From NCBI GenBank assembly GCA_964016885.1, contig OZ024741.1, forward strand, positions 276,396,001 to 276,460,000: a stretch of 64,000 bases of DNA, given 5' to 3'. A program made the translations under genes and the position numbers. The notes beneath the pieces are model-generated. The model ran no database searches. It worked only from the letters and a program-made list of their open reading frames with translations, and was not told the origin of the DNA. Positions 1-11,799 of this stretch are shown piece after piece (positions within the stretch are counted from its first letter, which is position 1; each line of letters opens with the position of its first letter). The stretch is from Eledone cirrhosa. Lineage: Eukaryota.

Positions 1-96
1 CCCTTATGGATGAAATGAAATTATGGATTATTTTATTACTAACATAGTAACTTTATGTAAGGTTCTTATATAAAATTATATTGGAAGACTTTAATT

Positions 97-324
97 TAAC
101 CCTTTAATGTTCAAACCGGCCAAAACGGCCAAAATTCTCTACCTCTTTCTATTCAAACTGGCTGTAACTGGCCACTCATACTGATGTTAAGGTATTGTTC
201 TCAAAATAAATACTTTCAAAATCTCATAGATTCGATATTATGTGAGATAATTATGTGAGGTAAAGCCTTTACCATGAAAATATAATAGTATATATATAGA
301 GTAATATGAATGCTAAAGCGTTAA
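97..324. mobile_element. piggyBac-like MITE (about 225 bp); related copies near 4570-4765, 9590-9935, 17250-17452, 28085-28365 and 56867-57030
   Basis: TTAA-CCCTTTA...TAAAG(C/G)G-TTAA termini. The same internal sequence recurs many times in the window. Confidence 0.7.
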
Positions 325-399
325 ATTGGAAACCTTTAAAATGCATGGGTTTTTTTCATAGAACTGAAATAAAGCAACCATGTTTTGTTGGATGTGCAA

Positions 400-745
400 T
401 GTAAATGTGATAAAAAAGCAGAGATTGGACAAGCTGAGGTTTAAGGGGAATCCGAGATGGTGCGCAGGAGAGAAGACTGCATTGGTATGGACATGTGATG
501 CGCATATGGACAATGACCGATGAGTGAAGAAATGCTAGGAAATCCCAGTGGAAAGAGCTGCAACAAAAGACAACCAAGAAAGACCTGAGCAGAGGTGGTG
601 AGCATGGACCTCAAATCACTAAGACTGGAAGAGGAGATGACAACGGAACGTGACAAGTGGAGAGCTGCGGTGCTGAGATGGACCTGTCCAACCCATGCAA
701 GCATGGAAAAGCGGACGTGGTGATGATGACGATGACAACGACGAG
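400..745 (+). mobile_element. RTE LINE 3' fragment (degenerate)
   Basis: Encodes RRL.WYGHVMR-like remnants, followed by the ACCCATGCAAGCATGGAAAA..GGACG 3' end and a (GAT)n tail shared with the longer RTE copies. Confidence 0.8.
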
Positions 746-2008
746 GAGGAGAATTCTAGCTTGAATTTCAAGCCCATCAAAAGTAGTATCCATGTAATAG
801 TCGACCCCATAAATTCAACCTTAAGAAACAGTCTACAAAATTGAACTTTTACACAAGTATATACAGTTGAGATCCAATATGTAATTCAAAATTTAAAAGC
901 TTCAACAAACCTTATAATTTGAGTAAGCACCTTTCAACACCTCATAAACTCTCATATATTGAGGTAAATTATAAAATGTTCCAAGACCTTCTTTTCGATT
1001 TTTTTCCCGTTCAACTTCTTTTTCGCGTTCTAAAAGAAGATTTAAAAATTATCAAAACAATTTGTTTGATTTAAAAAAAAGATAAAATAAAGAGATGAAA
1101 GTGTAAAACATTTGAAAAAAGATCTTTTAATGGGAATGTATGTGTGAATAGAAATTAATAGAAAGAACAAGTAACCTTTATTACATAGATATCAATCCTC
1201 CTGCCATACAGCTACACCACCCCTTACCTTCCTATTATACACACCTTGCTGCCGTTCCATTCTATTGCTCAATACACCACCTCTATTTGTCCTAGATATA
1301 CTACATGAAGACAACCAAGTACAATTCGATTCCTGGCAGTATACCCTGTAAAGTGGTAGTGGTGCTACTACAAAAAAATACACCCAGTATACCCTGTAAA
1401 GTGGTAGTGCTGGTACCACAATAAAATACATCCAGTACACTCTGTAAAGTGGTCATCCTGATGCCACAATAAAATACACCCAGTACACTCCGTAAAGTGG
1501 TAGTGCTGGTGCTACAATAAAATACACCCAGTACACTCTATAAAATGGTAGTGTTGTTACTACAAAAAAACATGCACACAGTAAAGTAGGCAATGATAGG
1601 AAAGGCTGTAGAAAATCTACCAAAGAAGGGTTGGCAGGACTCTTCATTTGTATCAAAAACATGACAACTTCCTTGGAAATACATACATATATATATATAT
1701 AAATATATATATCTATGTATATAATAAAAGTAACAAAGATTGCTGGTATAAATTCAGTGTCCTCCAGCAAGCGTCTAGCTCACTCAATGAATCCAGTGAA
1801 TTGAGGTAATGTAGCTGTGAGAAAAACCACAAACCTTCCATCTCAACTGCGAAACCGGTAAAGGAACCAAATAAATATATTTTTTTTTAAAAAGACTCCA
1901 GTTGCATTTTCGATTTCATCTTTTTTCCTTATACTTTCACTCGTGTAGAACACCTCAGTTTTTCTTCATTTTGTAAAAAAACCTCACTTTCTAACATATA
2001 TATATATA

Positions 2009-2359
2009 TGCAGTAATACAGAAGACCCGACTTCCCATGGGTACAAGCTGAAGCTGAAGCATATAGACAATATGCCACCACCCTTTCCCACTGCAAGGTG
2101 GTTGTGGAGGTGCCACGGCAAAAAAGCACTCAGCCCACACTGTAAAGTGGACGTGTAAGCACCAAGGAAAAAAAAGCACCCAGCACTCACTTTAAATGAG
2201 GTTGGTGTTAGGAAGGGCATCCAGCTGTAGAAATCAAGCCAGAATCAGTTCCCGTATGAGCAAGACAAGGTCAACTGACCGGACACTGCCCACAACAGGA
2301 CAACCTGTCTAACCCATGCTAGCGTGAAACAACGGACGTAAAATGGTGGTGCTGATGAT
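2009..2359 (+). mobile_element. RTE LINE 3' UTR fragment
   Basis: Reverse complement of the 3' UTR of the 18394-19941 copy. Preceded by (TA)n and ends in a GAT tail. Confidence 0.8.
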
Positions 2360-2690
2360 ATATATGTGTGTGTGTATATATATATATTTATTTTCTATTC
2401 TACTACATCTTCCAGCTGACAGACTGAAGTCATGCTGGGGCACTGCCATAGTATAATATAGTAATAATAAATACAAAGACAAAATCCAAAGATGAGGGTT
2501 GTGTATATATAAACCCGTAGAGCAAATATTTATTATATCAGAAGATCCCACTTAGGGTGAAAGCAGAAATTGTTTGCTTAAACTTTTAATCTGTACTAAT
2601 TATATATATATATGATTATCCCCTTGAAAAGGCTTGATGAACACACAAGCCGAAACTCTAGGGTTTTTTGTTCTCTCTCTCTCTCTCATA

Positions 2691-3583
2691 CGAGGGCAAT
2701 CCCAAAAGTAAGGTCTCCAAAACGATGGGGATGCAGAGAAACTGTTCATACGGCTGTTGGCAACACTGTTGTGATTGGTGCTTCCTTCACTCCCAAACAA
2801 GCATGCGCGCGCTTCACTGGGATGCTCAATCTTGGCTTGGCAGCCATTGAGAATGGGGCTCCCGTTGAACGCTACCGCCAAGTGCGAAGTTTGCGCAGTT
2901 ATTCGGTTTTTGAACACAAAAGGTGTTGAACCGATTGAAATTCATCGCCAATTGACGGAAGTGTATGGACAATCGTGTATGGATGTCAAAAACGTTCGCA
3001 AGTTGTGTAGAGTTTACAGCCGGTCGTACTGAAATTCACGACGAACAAAGGGATGGGAGACTGTCAATTTCTGATGAGACAGTCGCGATTTTTCCGTTAA
3101 AATCCTGTGGATGGTGCTTCGAGAAACCTCAGGAACTAAAATGCAGAGAGCATCCAGAGTGATCTTTACGCATGTTTTCCTCAACCTTTGCGACTGTCTC
3201 GTCGGAAATTGACGGTCTCCCGCTCCTTTGTTCGTTGTGAATTTCAGTATGACCGGCTGTAAACTCTCTACACCATTTCCGAACGTTTTTGACATCCATG
3301 CACGACTGTCCATACACTTCCGTCAATTGGCGATGAATTTCAATCGGTTCAACGCCTTTTGAGTTCAAAAACCGAATAACTGCGCAAACTTCACACTTGG
3401 CGGTAGCGTTCAACTTGAGCTCCATTCTCAACAGCTGCCAAGCCAAGATTGAGCATCCCAATGAAGCGCGCGCATGCTTGTTTGGGAGTGAAGGAAGCAC
3501 CAATCACAACAGTGTTGCCAACGGCCATACAAACAGTTTCTCTGCATCCCCATCGTTTTGGAGACCTTACTTTTGGGATTGCC

Positions 3584-3587
<4 letters not shown>
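2691..3587. mobile_element. Mariner-derived foldback element (two inverted 5' ends)
   Basis: TA-CGAGGGCAATCCCAAAAGTAAGG ... CCTTACTTTTGGGATTGCCCTCA-TA. Both arms (about 400 bp) encode the mariner N-terminal HTH (VIRFLN.KGVEPIEIHRQLTEVYG...VRKWCREF...RSGRPS). No DDD domain. Confidence 0.9.
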
Positions 3588-3639
<52 letters not shown>

Positions 3640-3805
3640 AAGTATGTTTGAAACTGAGCAAGTTCGAAATTAGAATCAGAAGGCTTCACCATATTTTGTA
3701 CTGTATATGTACGTCAATACTCATCTTTTTCCATTTCTTAGAGGGTTCTAAACCCCACTATCATGCTAAAATTTCTTTAGTCAAAAAATACACCAAAAGC
3801 TTCTA

Positions 3806-3848
<43 letters not shown>

Positions 3849-3850
<2 letters not shown>

Positions 3851-4039
3851 ATATTAAGTTCAAATATTAATAAAATAGATGTTCTTGTGATCAATTAAAT
3901 TTTATTATACATATTTCAGAGGTACGTGAATCAGGTTCAACGTACTGTTGAACCCGATTCACGTACCTCTGAAATATGTATAATAAAATTTAATTGATCA
4001 CAAGAACATCTATTTTATTAATATTTGAACTTAATATTA
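3849..4039. repeat. Near-perfect palindrome, about 92-bp arms with a roughly 5-nt loop
   Basis: TAATATTAAGTTCAAAT...GAATCAGGTTCAAC-GTACT-GTTGAACCCGATTC...ATTTGAACTTAATATTA, one visible mismatch. Confidence 0.9.
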
Positions 4040-4147
4040 TATTAACTCTGGAAAATATTTTCTGTAGAGTGCTTCCAATCTACTGTAAAACTCATTCTTT
4101 GATGTACAAATTGAATCTTGTTTAACTCTTTAATATATATATATATG

Positions 4148-4181
<34 letters not shown>

Positions 4182-4320
4182 TTAGATAAGCCCATTTGAC
4201 TTCTCTTGGAGAAGCAAAGACCTGAAAATGTTTACAGCTTCCTTTAATAAAAAAAAAATTTTAAATGAAAGGATATAAAAAATTAGAGAATGAGAAAAAA
4301 TGTTTAAAAACCCGTCTCAC

Positions 4321-4523
4321 CTTTTTGTGTGGACTTTGCTGAAGCTTTGGCATCAATAGTTGATCCAAGAAGTACCGATGGCCCAGAGCCATCTTTATCT
4401 CCTTTAGCTTTCCGCTTGATTGGACTGAGAGAGGGAGCAGTAGGCAATGAAGGGAGGGAAGGTTTAATTTGAGGAGGTCCAGGGGTTATGTCATCTATCA
4501 CATGAGTACAGGCATTTAACAGT
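4321..4523 (-). CDS. HTT: Huntingtin coding exon 18 (gene continues outside the window)
   Basis: 203 nt. LLNACTHVIDDITPGPPQIKPSLPSLPTAPSLSPIKRKAK (human [35 protein letters not shown]). Donor G|gtgaga. Confidence 0.95.
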
Positions 4524-5020
4524 CTGAAAGATAAACGATGAAGGTATTAGATCTTGAGTCTCTACAGCATTAAATCCTTTAGCATTTAAACCGACTGTAT
4601 CCGGCCAAAATTCTCTCACCTAAAACCGGCCATTCATACCAATGTAAAGGTATTGTTCTCAAAATAAATATCAAAATCTTGTAGATTCGATATTATGTGA
4701 GATAAAGTGTTTACTGCGAAATTATAATAGTAAATATAGAGTAATGTAAATATTAAAGGGTTAAACTAGCCATATCCAGCCAGAATTCTCTCACCTCTTT
4801 CTGTTTAAACCGGCTGTAACCAGCCGCTCATACTTATGTTAAGGTATTGTTCTCAAAATGTGTAGGTGTGGAAGAGATGTGTAGGAAGTGGCATGTAGGT
4901 GGAAAATAATGTGTAGGGAGAGGTGTATGGGTGGGAAGGTAATTAGGGAGAGGTGTGAGGGTGGGAAGGTAATTAAAGATAGGTGTGTAAGTATGTGTAT
5001 GTGTGGAAATATTGACCTAC

Positions 5021-5153
5021 CTGGCAATATGGGTCAAGAGAATGTCAACAAGAGGAACAAGCTGGCGGTCAGATACACACAGCCACTTGCCATCATCTAC
5101 GCCACACAGGTTGTTTGTTTCATCTGCCGAACGAAGACACCGATAGGCAGTAC
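5021..5153 (-). CDS. HTT: Huntingtin coding exon 17
   Basis: 133 nt. ...GKWLCVSDRQLVPLVDILLTHIA(R) (human [22 protein letters not shown]). Confidence 0.92.
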
Positions 5154-5454
5154 CTGAAGATGAAATCACATTTACAGAACAATGTTAATTGTCGCAGAGA
5201 TTGATTCACCTAGAAATTTCTTTGAAAAAAAAAAAACTGAAAAAACTGACAAAATTAGCAGAATATGAGATGGGGAAGGTGCAAACACAGAGAGGGGGGG
5301 GGGGGGTAGATGGTTTAATACTAGCTATGTAATCATGGAAAATAGATGTTAAATGCTGATGATGATGGCGTGTGTGTGTGTGCCAGTGTGTGTACCTGTG
5401 TATGTGTGTGTCTCTGCCTCTATGTTTGAGTGTGTGTTAGTGCATGCATGTGTG

Positions 5455-5830
<376 letters not shown>

Positions 5831-5924
5831 TGTGTTTGTGTGTGTCTTCATGTGTGTCTGTGTGTGTGCTGTATCTTATGAAGAGTTAAACGTTAGGAGT
5901 GAATACAAAGGCAGGCAACATTAC

Positions 5925-6073
5925 CTGAAAGTAAATTTCCGGCCAATAACAAGGTATCCTGGTGTGCAGACAAGTCAAGGGCCAGTGGAGATGAACAGAG
6001 CAGGGACAGGGTCAAGGCTAACGGGCCCCCACCACAGAGGAAATTCTCATCATCTGTACTCGGCATCCGCAAG
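5925..6073 (-). CDS. HTT: Huntingtin coding exon 16
   Basis: 149 nt. ...LSLLCSSPLALDLSAHQDTLLLAGNLLS (human PLDLSAHQDALILAGNLLA). Confidence 0.94.
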
Positions 6074-6187
6074 CTGCAGTAAAATTAGAATTTCCTTTTT
6101 AAATATATACATGATTTTTAATACAAGTGCAAGGCTATAGAATTTGAGGGGACATGGGTTATAGTTCATTAAATCAACCCCAGTATT

Positions 6188-6520
6188 GTGGAACCTTAGT
6201 TTATGAAGTTAATTCCTTCCTGAAGGCCGTTTGTCACCAAAAATATTCCTAAAACAAAACTTTTTCCCATACAAAATGTTGAGAGAGAAATACAGTGAGA
6301 GAGAGACTGTGTGTGAAAGACAGATAGATATCACCATAGTAATTAACAACACAGCAAGTGACACTTTACTGCCAATACTCCCAGCTTTTGCCAATCATTG
6401 TTGCTTGCGTGTTCATTACTGAAGACCGTTCATCAACTAAGACATTTTATATACGGAAAAATTTTTTGTGAACCGATTTGTTGAAGAAGAGAGGTGTTTG
6501 TGAACCGAGGTTCCATTGTA
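6188..6520. mobile_element. pogo/Tigger-like MITE
   Basis: GTGGAACCT..TT.ATGAA left end and GTGAACCGAGGTTCCATTG-TA right end. Internal sequence is shared with the copy at 19987-20563. Confidence 0.65.
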
Positions 6521-7199
6521 CTTGTTTTATTAAACCTATAGGTATGAAAGATTGATCTGGACAGAATCTGAACATTCTGGAAGTGGCTGTACTGATTCTG
6601 TGTTCCATCACCCACTAAATCAGAGCTTTCGAAATATTTCACATAGGCAACACACTTTTTAAAAATGACATTTTTTTGTGACATGTTAAATTTTGTTACA
6701 GATATGAAATGAAGGTAATTGATAAATAAAAATTTAAGTATATCGTACATAACCAGTCACAAGTTTAACTATAAGCCGAGTTGACAAATCATAAATATAT
6801 TTCACAGCTAATATTGATAAAAAATTTGTCAAATTTAACTTAATTTTGTGACAAACCTTAAAATTATCAACACCGTTTCAAATTTTTATTTAAAAAAAAA
6901 TAGAAATTATAACCAATTCAACATAAAAAGAACCAACTCGTATATTCAGCATGTCTGATGAATTCTTGACCCTTTTATTACCATATTTCTAATGAAAAAC
7001 ACTGCCTATGAATTTCAAATGATTTTGAAAATAATCAAGAATTATGTTTGAAACATAAAATTTCATATGATAGAAAGTTTTTAGATAAATATAAACACTT
7101 TAAAATAACTATAAGCAATTTTGTATCATAGAATCAGGAGAGGTTTCAGACAGTTTGGTATTAAAAGATTTAATATTTACAGAGTGGGTGATTTAAGTT

Positions 7200-7470
7200 G
7201 ATGGGACAGCTCAAAGTATGTTTGAAGAGTCTTAAGTTTAAAGTCCTGGACAGCTCAACTTATCTTTGATGAGTCAAGTTCAAGGTCATTGACAGCTCAA
7301 CTTATGTTTGATGAGTCAAGATCAAAGTCAAGAATAGCTCAACTTATGTTTGATGAGTCAAGTTCAAAGTCATGGACAGCTCAACCTATCTTTGAAGAGG
7401 CTCAAGCTCAAAGTCATCGACAGTTCAACTTATGTTTGATGAGTTTCAAGATCAAAGTCATGGACAAAAC
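7200..7470. repeat. Degenerate minisatellite (unit about 42-44 bp)
   Basis: GACAGCTCAACTTATGTTTGATGAGTCAAGTTCAAAGTCAT-like unit, about 6 copies. Confidence 0.8.
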
Positions 7471-7757
7471 ATGTTAATCTAGTCTTCTAAAGCCACTTTA
7501 ACAGTAATACAAGTCCTGGTCAACACTTACAGTAAAATAACATGAATAGGAGCATCAGAATTCCAAATGTGGAGCATCAGCTCCAAGAAATTATGCATAT
7601 GTCTATGGTTCTCCAAGGAAAATCAACACAATTATTGACTGGCTCCCATTACACACTAATATATTTATTTAACAAAAACAACACAAAAAAAACAAAAAAC
7701 ATTGCTCTCAAGTAAAACAAATTATCAGGACAAAAGAGAAAAATGTGAAATACTGAC

Positions 7758-7921
7758 CTTGACGCAGAACTTAGTCTTTTTCGACTAACACCATGCCTAG
7801 CCATTGGTCGATCACCATCCTTAGTCAGCACAGGCAAGGGGGGTGCACAGCTCCAAGCAAAGGAATGTGATGTAGGCAGGTAGTGTTCTGATAAGAGGGA
7901 TAAGGCATGACAACAGCCATA
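7758..7921 (-). CDS. HTT: Huntingtin coding exon 15
   Basis: 164 nt. YGCCHALSLLSEHYLPTSHSFAWSC... (human [25 protein letters not shown]). Confidence 0.92.
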
Positions 7922-8049
7922 CTACAGAAAGAAAAGAAAGAAAAACAGGGGATTAGTGAAACAAAACACTTTGTAATAAAAGTTTAATGTGTTGTTGCCA
8001 ACGGTTGCTATGTTGGAACAACTAAATATGAAGTCACGACATTAAACAA

Positions 8050-8725
8050 GCATGTGGTAACAATAGCCATGTATGTGGTGACAATAACCATGCGGTAACA
8101 ATATCCATGTATGTGGTCACAATAACCAATTAGGTGGTCACAATAGCCATGTGGTAACAATAGCCATGTGTGTGGTCACAATAATCATGTGGTCACAATA
8201 GCCATGGGGTAAGAATAGCCATGTATGTGGTCACAATAACCATCTGGTCACAATAGCCATGGGATAACAATAGCCATGTGTGTGGTCACAACAGCCAAGT
8301 ATTTGGTCACAATAGCCAGGTATGTGGTCACAATAGCCAGGTATGTGGTCACAATAGCCATGTATGTGGTCACAATAGCCATGTAGTCACAATAGCCATG
8401 TAGTCACAATAGCCATGTAGTCACAATAGCCATGTAGTCACAATAGCCATGTAGTCACAATAGCCATGTAGTCACAATAGCCATGTAGTCACAATAGCCA
8501 TGTAGTCACAATAGCCATGTAGTCACAATAGCCATGTAGTCACAATAGCCATGTAGTCACAATAGCCAAGTATGAGGTCACAATAGCCAAGTATGTGGTC
8601 ACAATAGCCAAGTATGTGGTCACAATAGCCAAGTATGTGGTCACAATAGCCAAGTATGTGGTCACAATAGCCAAGTATGTGGCCACAATAGCCAAGTATG
8701 TGGCCACAATAGCCAATTATGTAAC
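8050..8725. repeat. 17/21-bp minisatellite (GTCACAATAGCCATGTA / GTCACAATAGCCAAGTATGTG)
   Basis: Directly visible. Confidence 0.95.
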
Positions 8726-9469
8726 CACACCAATCAATAATGCCTGATTATTTAAAAAATTAAACAAGAAATCCACAACAGAATGACAATAACTCTTGAT
8801 AAAAAATATGGAGACAAAACTATATTTACTATTATATTTCTATGGTAAAGGTTTTACCTCGCATAACTATCTCACATAGCATTTACATTACTCTATATAT
8901 ATTATATATACACTGTAAATGTGGTTGGCTTTAGGAAGAGCATCCAACCATAGAAAACCTGCCAGAAACAATTCTATACGAGCAAGACACGGTCACCCAA
9001 CCAATCTTGCCTTTTATCAAACCCGTCCAACCCATGCTAGCGTGGAAAATGGACGTTAAACGATAATGATGATGATGGTACTATTATATTTTCATGGTAA
9101 AGACTTTACCTTGCATAATATCTCACATAGCATTTACATTACTTTATATATACTATTATATTTTCATGGTAAAGGATTTACCTCACATAATATCTCATAA
9201 CATTTACATTACTCTATATATACTATTGTATTGTCATGGAAAGGCTTTATCTTACATAATTATCTCACATAATATTGAATCTATGAGATTTTGATATTTA
9301 TTTTGAGAACAATACCTAAAAATCAGTATGGGTGGCCGATTACAGCCAGTTTGAACAGATAGAGGTGAGAGAATTCTGGCCAGATATGGTCAGTTTAAAC
9401 TTCTCTACCACACAGCAACATCTGTGAGAAACTTGAAATATTTTTAACCTTGCGTAAATGTTGTGACAA

Positions 9470-9567
9470 GGCAGTGAATTGGCAGAGTTGTTAGAACATC
9501 AGATAGAATACTTTGCAGTATTCCTTCTGGCTGTCTTCTCTCTGAGTTCAAATCTCACCAGGGTCAA
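9470..9567 (+). mobile_element. tRNA-related SINE head; similar pieces at about 27931-28020, 31405-31600, 48515-48650 and 49965-50135
   Basis: A-box-like TGGCAGAGTTGTTAG and B-box GAGTTCAAATC. Recurs in the window. Confidence 0.6.
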
Positions 9568-9967
9568 AAATTATTGTATCTAGGAGATTTTGATATTTAT
9601 TTTGAGAATAATACCTTAACAACAGTATGATTGGCTGGTTATAGCCGGTTTGAACAGAAAGGGGGGAGAGAATTCTGGCTGGATACAGCCATTTTAAATG
9701 CTAAAGGGTCAACCCTTTAGCATTTACATTACTTTATATATACTATAGTATTTTTGTGGTAAAGGCTTTATCTTACATAATTATATCACATAATATCAAA
9801 TCTATGAGATTTTGATATTTTTTTCTAAGAACAATACCTTAACATCAGTATGAGTGGCCAGTTATAGCCGCTTTGAACAGAAAGAGGTGAGAGAATTCTG
9901 GCCGCATACGGCCGATGTAAATGCTAATGGGTTAAATGAAAAGTTCAACGAGTGCTTCTTTACTTAC

Positions 9968-10229
9968 ACTGAGGTATTTACATTGACATTTTCGCAGCAA
10001 AGATTTGATGGCACTGATCACTCTGGAAAGACTGGATTCCACTGATGGCTGCACTGTAATGTTGGCATTGAAATTGAAAGGCTTGACAAGTCCGAGGACT
10101 GTCGGAGGTGACTCTTGGGCCCAGTCATGTACAATTGGGGTAAAATAATTGTCAGTGTAATCTTTAGCCACTGTAATGACTGGGTCTTGCATAGGACAAT
10201 CAACCGCAAAAAATAGGTTAGGTATCATT
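9968..10229 (-). CDS. HTT: Huntingtin coding exon 14
   Basis: 262 nt. MIPNLFFAVDCPMQDPVITVAKD...VESSLSRVISAIKSLLRKCQCKYLS (human LVPKLFY...DPVVAVARD...MENNLSRVIAAV). Confidence 0.94.
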
Positions 10230-10505
10230 CTGAAATAGTAAAATTGATAAGTGGTTTATATATATATATACCAGAAAAAGAAAATTACACAGTTTAATAT
10301 ATATATTATAATGCCTATCTGATACCAGTGCTTTAAGAAAATTCTAATCTAGCTCAAAGTTAACACACACACACACACACACACACTCACGCATACATAC
10401 ATACATACAAAGCCAAATACATACATACATACACACATGCATGCATACACACACACACACCTACATAGATACATACAGACAAACATATTAGCCAGATAAA
10501 CGTAC

Positions 10506-10606
10506 TTGACCAATGACATCGCAGCACAATGCCGAACTCGACAGTCTTCATCACCCAACAAAGCTAAAACGGCATCTTCGAGGAAAGTTGTTTGCAAACT
10601 AAATTT
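10506..10606 (-). CDS. HTT: Huntingtin coding exon 13
   Basis: 101 nt. KFSLQTTFLEDAVLALLGDEDCRVRHCAAMSLV(K) (human LLGDEDPRVRHVAAASL). Confidence 0.95.
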
Positions 10607-11588
10607 CTGTGAATATATATACAACATAAATCAATAATTAGCAGGCTTCATATATGTGTGGGGGAAAGTGGGCTTTCATTATATTAATGCATATAAACAT
10701 ATACATACTCTCAGGTCTTGAGTAAATCCCCCCACACACCACACTTATTAATTTTTAAATTTAGGACCCAAGAGTATATGTGTGGGGGGAAAGGGGGTTT
10801 TCATTATATTAATAAACGTAACTGATCTCTCAGTCTTTTTACGAAGCACTGACAGGACAAAGTTAATATAAAGTGTGGTGTGATCATGAGTAGAGATGCT
10901 ATTAAATAGCTTATATAATAGACTGAAGACCCTTTAAGACACCAATGGCAACTTCTTTTTCCCAATTAAAGGGTCTTCACTCGCATATGAGCACACCTGT
11001 CTTTATATTAATCCTTTAGTTACCAACCTGGCCTAAACCGACTGGTTCTATGAAATAAAATCACCCATTTTACAAGGTGGACTAGGCACATTTTGTTGCA
11101 ACACCTACACAACCACTTTACAGTGTGGACTGGATGCATTTTGTTGATACCAAAACAACCACTTTACAGAGTAGTTTGGGTGCTTTTTATCATGGCACCT
11201 ACATGACCACTTTATAGTATAGTCTGGGTGTTTTTTATTGTGGTACCACCATGACCACTTTATAGTGTGGGCTGGACGCTTTTTCTTGTGACACTTACAC
11301 AACCACTTTACAGTGTGGACTGGGCGCTTTTTATCATGGCACCAAAAGGACCACTTTACAGTGTGAACTGGGTGCTTTTTTTTTGTGGCACCAAAAGGAC
11401 CACTTTACAGTGTGGACTGGGTGCTTTTTTTTTTGTGGCACCAAAAGGACCACTTTACAGTAATTAGTTAATTTATTGACAAAATGTGCCCCCCACTCAA
11501 TATACACATCCATAATCTTGTAAAAATTAATATAAAAATTAAACTTATATCAATCAAACCTAAAATAGATATTTTATCAACTACCTAC

Positions 11589-11690
11589 CCCAAGATATTT
11601 ATCCTCCTGTGCTCGTCTTGGTAAACACACACTTTCTAAATAGTAAACAATTTTAAAGTTGATTTTCGACACTAGTTCTAAAAGTTCAAC
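11589..11690 (-). CDS. HTT: Huntingtin coding exon 12
   Basis: 102 nt. VELLELVSKINFKIVYYLESVCLPRRAQEDKYLG (human TELLETLAEIDFRLVSFLE...HYTG). Confidence 0.9.
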
Positions 11691-11799
11691 CTGCAATAAG
11701 GAAAAAGAAAAATAACTATATTTCTTGGGGGTGTTTTTTAAAGTTATTTTTTTAGATATTTTTTACATATGATTGTTAAATGTTGTATTGATAACAGGT

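Noticed and set aside
1453-1770. Possible next HTT exon
   Set aside because: No frame resembles the expected downstream human sequence (SLGSFYHLPSYLKL...). The ORF is built from TA repeats and RTE-derived repeats.
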